Virus record (IMG/VR): IMGVR_UViG_3300022744_000001
Span: 130,022-194,021 of that record
DNA: 64,000 nucleotides
From: a virus
Reading direction: 5' to 3' (one strand)
In this document: positions 9,009 through 17,294 of the stretch, piece after piece
Position numbering within the stretch: position 1 is the stretch's first letter
How the letters are laid out: each line of letters begins with the position of its first letter
Notes under the pieces: generated by a model
Told to the model about the DNA's origin: nothing
Seen by the model: only the letters and a program-made list of their open reading frames with translations
Database searches by the model: none
Program-made: the position numbers and the translations under genes

Positions 9009-9605
9009 ATGCTCCTTCGGATCGCTCAACGTTTTCTCGAGGCCCGGTCGCTCGATTGGAAACGGTTCAAGGCCCTTGAGACCCCAGATGAGATGATCGC
9101 GTTCTGCATCGAGCAGGGCTTGCGACCCATGGGGGAGTCGAACCGGGTCGTGTTCGCGCTCAACTCTTCCAAGGTGCTGAAAATCGCAAAGCGTGACGCG
9201 TTGGGGCGTGACCAGAACCTGTCCGAGGCCAAGATCGCCAGCGACTCTCAGGCGGCCCCCGTGCTCACGAAGGTATTCGATTATGACCCGGAAGGCTGGT
9301 GGCTTGTAGCGGAGCTTGTGCGGCCCCTCAAGAGCGTCAAAGAGTGGCAGCAGATGATGGGCGGCGTGGAGCACTTGACTCCAAGAGTGCTCTACTCGTT
9401 GGCCCTACGAAATTTCCACCCGAACTACGTGACTGACACGGAGAAGAAAGAGCTGGCTTTCCCACGCGTGCAAAAGCTCGTTGAGCCTTTCACTGTTGTG
9501 GTGCGCAAACATCTTGTTCAAGAGCTAGGGAGCTACGACCACTGGGGCAAAACGTCCGATGGGCGGCTCGTGGTTCTCGACTACGGCTACCAGTTTAGCG
9601 GCTAG
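9009..9605 (+). CDS. hypothetical protein with protein-kinase-like motifs
   Basis: VLKIAK (VAIK-like), HPNY (catalytic-loop-like) and VVLDYGY (DFG-like) in 198 aa; shortened GGTGTCGGTATG motif at the start. Confidence 0.6.
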   Translation: MLLRIAQRFLEARSLDWKRFKALETPDEMIAFCIEQGLRPMGESNRVVFALNSSKVLKIAKRDALGRDQNLSEAKIASDSQAAPVLTKVFDYDPEGWWLVAELVRPLKSVKEWQQMMGGVEHLTPRVLYSLALRNFHPNYVTDTEKKELAFPRVQKLVEPFTVVVRKHLVQELGSYDHWGKTSDGRLVVLDYGYQFSG

Positions 9606-9625
9606 GTTCTGGTGTACCCCTCGGC

Positions 9626-9802
9626 ATGAAGATGAGAGTCACGAAAAAGCGCATCGAAACGATTCGGAGAGAACACACGGACATGGGCGAGCATGGCATT
9701 GATGCCGAGTCCGCTTGGGAGCTAGCCGAAGAGCTACTCAAAGCCGTGGACGAGCGGGATGAGTTGCTTGCCAAGTTGACTGAGGGCGGGTCGAAGGCTT
9801 AG
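9626..9802 (+). CDS. small hypothetical protein (58 aa)
   Basis: Below the ORF-track cutoff; CTGGTGTACCCCTCGGCATG motif directly at its ATG. Confidence 0.3.
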   Translation: MKMRVTKKRIETIRREHTDMGEHGIDAESAWELAEELLKAVDERDELLAKLTEGGSKA

Positions 9803-9857
9803 GGTAGCCCCAGCTCACCTGCCATGCGTAGGAGGAGCAGAGGGGTCGTTCTTGGAA

Positions 9858-9880
9858 ACGGGGGCGGCCCTCGTTTTTTC
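9858..9880 (+). terminator. putative intrinsic terminator
   Basis: ACGGGGG-cgg-CCCTCGT hairpin (one G.U pair) followed by TTTTTT. Confidence 0.35.
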
Positions 9881-9916
9881 GTGGAAAAGCACTGGGCTTG
9901 CGGTACAAATCCCCAG

Positions 9917-10288
9917 ATGGCGACGAAGAAACAAGCCCCTCCCCGCTTCCACAAGCTCTTCACCTGGGTTTGCCGGGAGCGCATCGTGGACCTTTTCCCT
10001 ACTGCGGAGCAGTTGGTAGAGGCCCTCACGGTCGAGTCCCTGCCTGACATCGACGTGCCGGGGGAGCTTTACGCGGCCGTCGTGGAGTTCCGGCACCTGC
10101 GGACGGTGGACCGGCTCCGGCGAGCCCAGACCTTCGTGTGGCGGGAGGACAATGCGCTTCAGGCCGACGTGAAGCGCAAAGACATCCTCGAGCGCGTCCC
10201 CAAGCTCACGGACGAACAGGTCGAGCTTCTGTACGTGGCCCTGAGCCGACTGCTTTACGGTCCGCCGCCGAAGGTGGCCAAGGGCTGA
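9917..10288 (+). CDS. hypothetical protein
   Basis: Start at MATKKQ; 123 aa. Confidence 0.6.
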   Translation: MATKKQAPPRFHKLFTWVCRERIVDLFPTAEQLVEALTVESLPDIDVPGELYAAVVEFRHLRTVDRLRRAQTFVWREDNALQADVKRKDILERVPKLTDEQVELLYVALSRLLYGPPPKVAKG

Positions 10289-10294
10289 AAAGAC

Positions 10295-10330
10295 AGAGCC
10301 CCAAGGGTTGGGGCCTCGGGGCTCTTATCC
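10295..10330. terminator. putative terminator hairpin between convergent genes
   Basis: AGAGCCCC...GGGGCTCT perfect 8-bp inverted repeat immediately after the stop at 10288. Confidence 0.5.
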
Positions 10331-10396
10331 CGGCCGTCCTAACGACGACCTCGTGGGCTAGGCCCACGCCCAAGATGGCCGCACCCCCTCCCGCCG

Positions 10397-10693
10397 TCAA
10401 GTGAACGGTTTCGGGTACAGGGGCGCATGAGCCGGGCAGAAGTGGCCCATAGCTCGAGGCTCGCACCGGCCCCCAAACTGCTTGCGCTCCCAGCGATCCC
10501 TGAGCTTGACCATAGGGGCAACATCCACAAACCCTTCGGCCAAAGCCACTTGAAAGACGCTGCGGTGTATTCCTTGAGGTCGAAGCCGACTCACAGCCTC
10601 GAAAGTCAGCTCTTCGTCAATGAAATTGCGCGGGCACTGGTTCCCGTTCTCGTCTTCGTGCTCACAGCGAACGACAGCTTGCAGCGTAATCAT
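10397..10693 (-). CDS. hypothetical protein
   Basis: 98-aa ORF, convergent on the 10295 hairpin. Confidence 0.5.
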   Translation of the reverse strand: MITLQAVVRCEHEDENGNQCPRNFIDEELTFEAVSRLRPQGIHRSVFQVALAEGFVDVAPMVKLRDRWERKQFGGRCEPRAMGHFCPAHAPLYPKPFT

Positions 10694-10844
10694 GCCAAAA
10701 ACCTCACACCTGCTGATAGCCTACCTCATCTGGGGCCTCTTTGCTTTGTGGTTTGGCGGATTTATGTGCGCACATCCACAGTGGTTTGACTGGGTAGGGC
10801 TCCCTCTTGGTTGTTGCTGCGACAAAACGGGGCACTGGTTCTAG
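10692..10844 (+). CDS. small membrane protein
   Basis: Start MPKTSHLLIAYLIWGLFALWF; its ATG overlaps the CAT of the divergent gene's start by 2 nt. Confidence 0.4.
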   Translation: MPKTSHLLIAYLIWGLFALWFGGFMCAHPQWFDWVGLPLGCCCDKTGHWF

Positions 10845-10863
10845 GCGAAATTCGACTCGGCAC

Positions 10864-10913
10864 GGTATAGAACCCTCAACCCCTGCGCGTTTCTAGGGCA
10901 AGAGGGAAAGCCA
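10864..10913 (+). promoter_or_regulatory. class-2 upstream motif (GGTATAGAAC-N11-GCGCGTT-N2-TAG)
   Basis: First of three near-identical upstream elements (also 11172..11220 and 12399..12434). Confidence 0.45.
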
Positions 10914-11165
10914 ATGTCTACGCTGAGTCGCCAGATTGTTGATTCCAACCACTGCCACGAGAATTCGATCACGATTCGCCCGAACGAACACTTGGGCATG
11001 ACGATCGAAATCGACTACAAGCCGCACCCGGCAGGTTGGGTTCGCGAGGTGATGATCGCGTATTTCCAGGGTCCCCTCTACGAGGAGCCCGCGTGGGAAG
11101 GCCCGACGCCCCTGGACCTCGTGCTCTCGAACTTCGCTGAAACCTACCACCAGAAGAACGCGTGA
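10914..11165 (+). CDS. hypothetical protein
   Basis: 83 aa, preceded by the class-2 motif. Confidence 0.6.
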   Translation: MSTLSRQIVDSNHCHENSITIRPNEHLGMTIEIDYKPHPAGWVREVMIAYFQGPLYEEPAWEGPTPLDLVLSNFAETYHQKNA

Positions 11166-11171
11166 TTCTGA

Positions 11172-11220
11172 GTATAGAACGCGCCACCCTCGCGCGTTCA
11201 TAGAGCAAGGAGAAGATGCC
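11172..11220 (+). promoter_or_regulatory. class-2 upstream motif with perfect dyad GAACGCGC-N7-GCGCGTTC
   Basis: GTATAGAACGCGCcaccctcGCGCGTTCaTAG; the 8-bp inverted repeat suggests an operator. Confidence 0.45.
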
Positions 11221-11433
11221 ATGGCAACGCTCAACACGCTCAAGGCCGCTGTCAAAGCCAACGATTACAAGCTCATTGCGGAGAACGTTCGCGGTTTTCG
11301 CAAGGCTGGTTTCAACGCCCGGGAAATCTACCGCATGGCTCTCGCAGCCGACCCTAACCTGGACTTTGACACGTGGACCGACACGGTGGCCACGGCTCTC
11401 GAGAAAAACCCGGAGAACCACAATGCCCGCTGA
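11221..11433 (+). CDS. hypothetical protein
   Basis: 70 aa, helical. Confidence 0.6.
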   Translation: MATLNTLKAAVKANDYKLIAENVRGFRKAGFNAREIYRMALAADPNLDFDTWTDTVATALEKNPENHNAR

Positions 11434-11767
11434 CCTGACCAAGATGTCTCACGCTGAGAAGGAAGCCTACGCCGCCAAGATGAAGCGGGCTTTCAGCCTT
11501 GTGGACCCGAGCATGTCCGGGGGTCACTGGAAGGATGTAATCAGCACCACGGCGACGCAGGACCTGTGGGACCGCCTCTGCAAGCTTCACGAGATCGCGT
11601 TCGAGGACATTCTCGAGGCCATCGAGTTCTACACGGCTACCAAGCCGGTGGTGCACAAGGAGCCGACCCAAGCGGCCATGAACGGGGCTGTGCGGCCGAG
11701 CAATCAGGAACTGCTGGTCTCGGTGCGAGCGGCGGGATACCGCCAGGGCCCGGCTGGAGACCACTAG
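11423..11767 (+). CDS. hypothetical protein
   Basis: Start MPADLTKM overlaps the previous gene by 11 nt. Confidence 0.55.
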   Translation: MPADLTKMSHAEKEAYAAKMKRAFSLVDPSMSGGHWKDVISTTATQDLWDRLCKLHEIAFEDILEAIEFYTATKPVVHKEPTQAAMNGAVRPSNQELLVSVRAAGYRQGPAGDH

Positions 11768-12129
11768 ACCAGACGAAGCCGCGGCACGAGGGGAGCAAAC
11801 CGAGGCACCCCGGCGACCTCGTCCTGCCACATGGCCCACGGCCGTACCCAGACCTCTCCCCCAGGCTTGAGCGCCACGTAAATGGCCGCCTTTTCCCCGG
11901 CTACGTAAGCCTTCGAGAGCCCTGCTGGAATGCACACCGCTAGGCCCTCTCGACCTTGGAACACGATGACGCCTGTGGGGATGGCCACCTTGCCGTCGTC
12001 CCCTTGAATCTCGGCCGCTTCGCTGAGCCTTCCAGTGCAAATGACGGCCGCGCCCTCCTCGAAATCCGAGACGATGAGTGCTTCCCCAAGGAAGCCGTAC
12101 GTTCCGCCCTTGTAATGCCGGTAAATCAT
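11764..12129 (-). CDS. DUF1653-family protein
   Basis: N-terminal MIYRHYKGGTYGFLGEA matches the hallmark start of the DUF1653 family. Confidence 0.7.
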   Translation of the reverse strand: MIYRHYKGGTYGFLGEALIVSDFEEGAAVICTGRLSEAAEIQGDDGKVAIPTGVIVFQGREGLAVCIPAGLSKAYVAGEKAAIYVALKPGGEVWVRPWAMWQDEVAGVPRFAPLVPRLRLV

Positions 12130-12146
12130 GCCCGCTTTTACACCGC

Positions 12147-12347
12147 CTAGCTGGCAGCCCAGAGCAGCGTGTGTACCGCTTGCTCGAGCGCCTGGGCCCG
12201 CAGAGCGTCGTCCTCGACCTCGAGCCACACATCCTCCCGATCCAGCTCGAGAACCGTCACCTCGAGCCCCCTACGCACCACCTGGACCCGAACCGGCCCC
12301 AAGCTGTCCCGCAACTCCCCTGCCCAAATCACTTTGTCCGTGCTCAT
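12147..12347 (-). CDS. small hypothetical protein
   Basis: Upstream of the DUF1653 gene on the same strand. Confidence 0.4.
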   Translation of the reverse strand: MSTDKVIWAGELRDSLGPVRVQVVRRGLEVTVLELDREDVWLEVEDDALRAQALEQAVHTLLWAAS

Positions 12348-12398
12348 GCGCAAAGGCTACGATGGCCCCAGGACAAAATATGTCGCGGCTCGCGGCTC

Positions 12399-12434
12399 GG
12401 TATAGAAACCCGCCCGCTTGCGCGTTCGTAGGAC
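12399..12434 (+). promoter_or_regulatory. class-2 upstream motif
   Basis: GGTATAGAAAcccgcccgcttGCGCGTTcgTAGgacATG. Confidence 0.45.
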
Positions 12435-12824
12435 ATGGAAAACCAATACAAGCGCACCGTCGAAGGCTCGATGCACGAGGCTCTCCTCAACCGTCTCTTG
12501 AAGGTCGGGAACGTGATTCGGGACGCTATCCCGGACCACTTCGCGGCCACTCGTCGCTGGTCGGGCCCGGCCCGGCAGGACCTGCCCCTGACCGTGTACG
12601 TCGAGTGCGAGGGCTACGCCTACGCCGACAACACGACCAAGGCGAACCTCATCGTCATGATCACGTTCGACCCGACCACCTGCACCACGGAAGTGCGGAT
12701 GAGCTACGGCGACGACACCAATCGGGCTATTCACGACCGTCGCACGTTCGCCCTGACCGAGGCCCACATAGCTGAGGCGTCTCTCGAGATGGTTCTTCGC
12801 CAGCTCGGCTCGGTGGTCCGCTGA
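12435..12824 (+). CDS. hypothetical protein
   Basis: 129 aa. Confidence 0.6.
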   Translation: MENQYKRTVEGSMHEALLNRLLKVGNVIRDAIPDHFAATRRWSGPARQDLPLTVYVECEGYAYADNTTKANLIVMITFDPTTCTTEVRMSYGDDTNRAIHDRRTFALTEAHIAEASLEMVLRQLGSVVR

Positions 12825-13023
12825 ACAAATAGGGGACGTCGGGGACCATTCGATTGATTTTAGCCTTGACCGCAGCCTCCAACAGCGTTTCGCACCCAGA
12901 AGCTTCAAGGATGTAGTCAGTTAGCTCTTCTACTGTCTTGGTAAGTGGCGAGCACTCTTTGTAGTAATGAGCCACAAGCTTCAGAAACTCGTGGAGTTCG
13001 ATGCGTGAGTCGTTCGATCTCAT
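12727..13023 (-). CDS. hypothetical protein
   Basis: Start at MRSNDSRIEL; the C-terminus overlaps the convergent gene by ~100 nt, so the true end is uncertain. Confidence 0.35.
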   Translation of the reverse strand: MRSNDSRIELHEFLKLVAHYYKECSPLTKTVEELTDYILEASGCETLLEAAVKAKINRMVPDVPYLFSGPPSRAGEEPSRETPQLCGPRSGRTCDGRE

Positions 13024-13087
13024 TGGCAATCCTATTAGCACAAAGGGCATGATTTGCAGAGGGGTTCTGCTATGAAGCCCGCCCCCA

Positions 13088-13408
13088 ATGAGTGTTCGTC
13101 GTATGCCTTCCCCCAACACTGATCAGACCCTCCTAAAGCTGCGAAAACGCATCAAAGAAGCGCCATCGGATCTCCCTCCCCGCTTCGATGGCATGAAACT
13201 TGTCCGCTATGTGCGACAAGGGCGTGGCCCAGACGCAGATTTTGCGTGGGCCATCTACATCAGCCACGACCCCTGCCACGACCGACGCGGCCACAAGGCG
13301 AATCGGCACACGGTTTTGGCGGTTCACCGACTCAACGGGACGTTCAAGATCCTGGGTCGGGAGCTTCCACTGAAGCATGCTCGAGCGCTGGCCAAGGGGG
13401 AGCTTTGA
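13088..13408 (+). CDS. hypothetical protein
   Basis: 106 aa. Confidence 0.5.
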   Translation: MSVRRMPSPNTDQTLLKLRKRIKEAPSDLPPRFDGMKLVRYVRQGRGPDADFAWAIYISHDPCHDRRGHKANRHTVLAVHRLNGTFKILGRELPLKHARALAKGEL

Positions 13409-13424
13409 TCGGGGTAGTAGGGGC

Positions 13425-13700
13425 ATGCCCAAACTACGACTTCAATGGGAGGACTACCCCACGCACTCCCAATTTCGCTGTGCTGGCCAACACCTTGAAG
13501 TTTACCCTCAGCAGTCCCATTTGGGTTTGATCAAAGGTTTCCTTTGGATAGCGGGGAAGCGTTCGGGGGTCTCTCGGACCCGTGAGTGGGCCAAATTCCG
13601 GGCGGAGGCCGCGGTGTATGCCAACCTGCTTGCCATGGCCGGTGCGTTCGGGCTTGAGGTAAAACCCTGTGAAGAAAAAGCTGGTAGCGCGAAATCATGA
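13425..13700 (+). CDS. hypothetical protein
   Basis: CGGGGTAGTAGGGGCATG motif at the start. Confidence 0.5.
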   Translation: MPKLRLQWEDYPTHSQFRCAGQHLEVYPQQSHLGLIKGFLWIAGKRSGVSRTREWAKFRAEAAVYANLLAMAGAFGLEVKPCEEKAGSAKS

Positions 13701-13902
13701 GCCAGGGCACCTGGACGAGTTCCGGAAGCTCCTCCTGGGAAAAGTCATTGTCGAGGTCCAAGCAGGCCGAGGTGACGAGGGGGACCACCTGTATTTGCGG
13801 TTGGAAGACCTTCACACAGGTGTGCGCGAGGGTGTAACCGTCTCGGTGGGCTCGATCTACGCTGAGCTGCTGTTCGAGAAGAAACCCAAGAAGTCGGTAT
13901 AG
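13669..13902 (+). CDS. hypothetical protein
   Basis: 77 aa, overlaps the previous gene. Confidence 0.45.
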   Translation: MKKKLVARNHEPGHLDEFRKLLLGKVIVEVQAGRGDEGDHLYLRLEDLHTGVREGVTVSVGSIYAELLFEKKPKKSV

Positions 13903-13931
13903 GGACTCGACCTCTCCCGCGTTCTCAGGGC

Positions 13932-14213
13932 ATGCGTACCAAGAGGACATACAGGGTGGTGAACTTCCGGCTCTTCGGCGTCCGCGGCCGAGAGGTTCTC
14001 GTGCTCCGGGCTGAGGAAGCTCGCGAGGCTCGGGCGCAGGGTGAGCGGCTGGTGCGCGAGGCGTGCATCAACTTCACCGGGCTCAAGGTGCTCGAGACGA
14101 CCTCCGAGGTTCTCTCCGGCTGGACAGGCTCGCTGACCCCCTCCGACGTCTTCTCTTGGGAGGCGGCTTGGGGGCGGCGGTTCGCGAAGAGCCAGGATGC
14201 TCGGTGGCGCTGA
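13932..14213 (+). CDS. hypothetical protein
   Basis: 93 aa, Arg/Glu-rich. Confidence 0.5.
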   Translation: MRTKRTYRVVNFRLFGVRGREVLVLRAEEAREARAQGERLVREACINFTGLKVLETTSEVLSGWTGSLTPSDVFSWEAAWGRRFAKSQDARWR

Positions 14214-14231
14214 CCGGTGTACCTAGCCCCC

Positions 14232-14708
14232 ATGACCAGCCAGAAGAAGCTCGGGCGGGGGCCCTCGGACGCCAATAGGCGGACGTCTCGGTACGGGGAC
14301 GAGCCAACCTACGAGAAGGTTCGGAGGCACGGTCGAACCATCTACCTCAAACACGTCGGCGGGAATCGCTCGGCCTACCGCCCCAGCGCGAAGCGGTGGC
14401 GGCTGGAAGACCTCTACGCGGCCATCAAAGCCCACCTCCTCGAGAAGCGGATCGGCTCCTCAGTGGAGCACTTGGCGGACCGCTTCAAGGCCAAGCCGGG
14501 GCTCGTGCACCAGTGCCTGCACCGGATGATTCGCGAGGGCACGGGGCTCTACGAGACGGCCAACAGTGGCCCCCACGACACGAGGCGGGACTACGGCCCC
14601 AAGTGGAAGGGGCGCCCGTACCCCATCGTAGACCTATCTCACTGGCCCAACGGTTGGATTGCGACCTACTACGCCTTCAGGGACGAACCCAAGACGGTCA
14701 GCGACTAA
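14232..14708 (+). CDS. hypothetical protein, possible winged-helix
   Basis: CCGGTGTACCTAGCCCCCATG motif at the start; the SSVEHLADRFKAKPGLVHQCLHRMIREG segment is HTH-like. Confidence 0.6.
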   Translation: MTSQKKLGRGPSDANRRTSRYGDEPTYEKVRRHGRTIYLKHVGGNRSAYRPSAKRWRLEDLYAAIKAHLLEKRIGSSVEHLADRFKAKPGLVHQCLHRMIREGTGLYETANSGPHDTRRDYGPKWKGRPYPIVDLSHWPNGWIATYYAFRDEPKTVSD

Positions 14709-15022
14709 GGGAGCCAGAGGAACCCAGGGACGGGCACCCACTGCCCTTGGAAACGTGGAGCTTTCGCGACCAAGACAGGCCCGGTGCTCGTTTTGACCCA
14801 GATCGCGCGTTGGCCGAAGTCATCGTAGAGCACCCATCGCACTTCCCATGCGTAGTCTTTGGCGCATTCTTGTACCCACTGCTCCGCTTGATAGTCGTAG
14901 TCCACCTCATTGTCAGCACAATGTGTGGGGCTGTTCTGTCGGGGGCTCTTGATGGGGTCGTTGTATTTGTCGTCGTGGTGTTCAAGGCGCATGGGGTGCC
15001 CCATAGTAGCTGAGCCAAACAC
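14705..15022 (-). CDS. hypothetical protein
   Basis: 105 aa, Trp-rich; start ambiguous (M1, M7 or M11). Confidence 0.45.
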   Translation of the reverse strand: MFGSATMGHPMRLEHHDDKYNDPIKSPRQNSPTHCADNEVDYDYQAEQWVQECAKDYAWEVRWVLYDDFGQRAIWVKTSTGPVLVAKAPRFQGQWVPVPGFLWLP

Positions 15023-15242
15023 CTCGGAAAATCAGAATGTCGAGGGCTATCAGCGCGATCGGAGTCAGATAAACGACCCCGGCAATGAAGAGGGCATAAG
15101 CCCACACTGCCAAGTAGTACAGGATTTCGATGGCCCTACTTGGGCTCGAGCACGAGGAAACGCTCGATTTTGCTGTGGTCGTTCTCATCGACTTCCATCG
15201 CAATGTAACCGTACCCGATAGAGTCAACACCGAAAATCCCAT
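14982..15242 (-). CDS. possible small membrane protein
   Basis: Hydrophobic ILYYLAVWAYALFIAGVVYLTPIALIALDILIF stretch; start unclear; overlaps the 3' end of 15136..15444 out of frame. Confidence 0.2.
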   Translation of the reverse strand: MGFSVLTLSGTVTLRWKSMRTTTAKSSVSSCSSPSRAIEILYYLAVWAYALFIAGVVYLTPIALIALDILIFRGVWLSYYGAPHAP

Positions 15243-15444
15243 TGATCAGGCCCAGAATCCCCACACGATTGTGTGCGGCGGAATCCAAAGTGACCTGAAT
15301 TGTCGGGTGGGCGGCTAGACTCTCGTTGCAGGGGACCCTGTATTTGAAGAGGGCTTCGACGGCTTTGCGGTCGAGAGTCAGAGCTTCATTCAAGACTTTC
15401 ACAGCGTTCTCGACCTGGGGGCGGTTGGGGAAATCAGTAGTCAT
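15136..15444 (-). CDS. hypothetical protein
   Basis: 102 aa. Confidence 0.55.
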   Translation of the reverse strand: MTTDFPNRPQVENAVKVLNEALTLDRKAVEALFKYRVPCNESLAAHPTIQVTLDSAAHNRVGILGLINGIFGVDSIGYGYIAMEVDENDHSKIERFLVLEPK

Positions 15445-15556
15445 ATCGAAACACTACACCGGGACGCACGGTACCGGAGACGTTTCAAGTAGCAAGGGCA
15501 GCCGAAATAAGCTAGTACGCTGGCCAGCAGGGCGACCTAGTGTGAAACTCATCGAA

Positions 15557-16117
15557 ATGTCACTCCATCTGCTGAGGACTGCTCCGACACGCTCCATAGC
15601 GGCGGGAGTAGTTATTTTGGTGAGTATTTCGCTCGTTGCTTTCCTGGACGCCTTGGACGGGGGCTCCACGCTGGGCTCGCTGTACACGATTGGAGTGGTG
15701 GCCAGCGCCTGGAGATGGGAGTTCCGAGGGGCGGTTGTTACTGTTGTGGTTTCCCTGGCCGCGGCTTTGACATCGGACTACTGGGGCGTCGAGCACCACG
15801 TAGAGTGCATGTCTATCTCTGGTATCTGGTGGACAGAGTTGGCTCGAGCATGTTCATTCCTGACTGCGGGAATGACAACAGCGAGCCTGCGTTTTACGCT
15901 GCGGGAACGAAACGCTTTTGTCACTCAGCTCGAGAAGGCCATGGCCGAAATTCAAGCGCTCGAGGCGTGCCTCCCCATCTGCGCTTGGTGCAAGCGCATT
16001 CGAGAAGGGGAGAAGTGGATGGAATACGACCGTTATTTAGCGACCAAGACCGCTATCACGCACGGCATCTGCCCCGAGTGTGCTCACAATCTTAGGCCGT
16101 CGATTCGGGCCGAATGA
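15557..16117 (+). CDS. membrane sensor-like protein with C-terminal CxxC...HGICPxC zinc-ribbon domain
   Basis: Four predicted TM helices, a coiled-coil, then LPICAWCKRIREGEKWMEYDRYLATKTAITHGICPECAHNL. That motif is seen at the C-termini of PAS/sensor proteins of delta-proteobacteria. Confidence 0.6.
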   Translation: MSLHLLRTAPTRSIAAGVVILVSISLVAFLDALDGGSTLGSLYTIGVVASAWRWEFRGAVVTVVVSLAAALTSDYWGVEHHVECMSISGIWWTELARACSFLTAGMTTASLRFTLRERNAFVTQLEKAMAEIQALEACLPICAWCKRIREGEKWMEYDRYLATKTAITHGICPECAHNLRPSIRAE

Positions 16118-16143
16118 ACCAAGCCCAGGCTTCGCCGAACCCC

Positions 16144-16359
16144 TCAACAGGGTCGAAGTAAGGCCATCCCGTCGTGGATGTTGGGGGCCCAGACGCGGAT
16201 GCCTTGCGGGGGCTCTCCAGGGCGCACGAACACGGTGAGGTTGCGAGAACCCTTCCACCACTCAAAGCTCTCCTCTTCGGCGCTCCCAGCTCGATGGGGC
16301 TCGACCCAGGTTGCCCCGGCCGCGGCCTTCCAGCGCTCTACCAGTTGGTCGCCGGTCAT
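16144..16359 (-). CDS. hypothetical protein
   Basis: 71 aa. Confidence 0.45.
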   Translation of the reverse strand: MTGDQLVERWKAAAGATWVEPHRAGSAEEESFEWWKGSRNLTVFVRPGEPPQGIRVWAPNIHDGMALLRPC

Positions 16360-16583
16360 AGTAGCTTGAATGCCCCGTTCTCACCAAAGAGGGCATCGAA
16401 GACCTTCTTGCGCAGATCGATCTTCGCTTGCTCGGTAGCCATGTAGTCGTCCCCCGTGCGCACGTGAGCCGTCACGTGGGCGACGGGCTCGAGCATGCTG
16501 ATCGCAGCGAGCAGAGGTTGAATGTCGTCGTCGCGGATCTCGCGCTTCAGGTGCACGGTGAGAGTGCGAATGCGGTCGGTCAT
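16356..16583 (-). CDS. hypothetical protein
   Basis: 75 aa, overlapping stops and starts. Confidence 0.5.
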   Translation of the reverse strand: MTDRIRTLTVHLKREIRDDDIQPLLAAISMLEPVAHVTAHVRTGDDYMATEQAKIDLRKKVFDALFGENGAFKLL

Positions 16584-16586
16584 GGT

Positions 16587-16946
16587 TCACCACCCTGGCT
16601 CTTTCGACACGCACGTGGTGCCATCGAAAATCCAACGCCACGAGCCGTCCTCCGAACTCAGCTCGAGGAACGAACCCGCCTTCACATAAGGGGCGATGGC
16701 CTTGAACATCTCTTTCTCTTCCCCCAACTTCTCGTTGGTCAGAGAGATGTTGGTGATGTTCCCTTGACCATCGTTCTTGGCTTCGTAGCCCCAGACCTCG
16801 AGTAGCTCTTCCAAGGTCTCGCAAGAGTCGGTATCCCCCTTTCTGACCCAATGGCCGTAGATCGGTTTGGCTGCGGCGAGCGCGGCTTCTTTGTGCTCGG
16901 CTGCGATGAAAAACTGTTTTCTGCTCAGGTGAATGCTCACGCTCAT
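16587..16946 (-). CDS. hypothetical protein
   Basis: 119 aa. Confidence 0.55.
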   Translation of the reverse strand: MSVSIHLSRKQFFIAAEHKEAALAAAKPIYGHWVRKGDTDSCETLEELLEVWGYEAKNDGQGNITNISLTNEKLGEEKEMFKAIAPYVKAGSFLELSSEDGSWRWIFDGTTCVSKEPGW

Positions 16947-16979
16947 GCGAGCGACTACACCGGCGGTGTTATGTTTCGC

Positions 16980-17294
16980 ATGGCATTCTATGCGTACGTG
17001 AAACAGAGAGGCGGCTGCGACTACACAATCGCGTGTGGCCAGAAGCTAACTCGATTGGAAGCTTTGACTTTGGAGGCGGCTCGAAAGGAAGCACAGGAGA
17101 TGTACGAGAACTACGGGCCCGAGGATGGCTTGAAGAATATCGAGATCATCGAGGGGCGAGTGGTTGAAACGATCGACCTAAAGGCTGTGCAGTTGGAAAG
17201 AGAGCGGGCGGAGAAAGAACGAGAAGAAACCCGTGAAAAAGAGCGCGAGCGGGCCGAGTACGAGCGGCTCAAAGCCAAGTTTGGGGACAAGTGA
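16980..17294 (+). CDS. hypothetical protein (Glu/Arg-rich C-terminus)
   Basis: GGCGGTGTTATGTTTCGCATG motif at the start. Confidence 0.5.
   Translation: MAFYAYVKQRGGCDYTIACGQKLTRLEALTLEAARKEAQEMYENYGPEDGLKNIEIIEGRVVETIDLKAVQLERERAEKEREETREKERERAEYERLKAKFGDK

Noticed and set aside
11354-12232. 292-aa minus-strand ORF
   Set aside because: Gly/Arg-rich; overlaps the better-supported genes 11423..11767 (+) and DUF1653 (-) in other frames.
14396-15013. 205-aa plus-strand ORF overlapping 14232..14708 and the minus-strand gene 14705..15022
   Set aside because: Alternative frame rich in Arg/Pro/Gly; the in-frame partner with the motif-bearing start is preferred.
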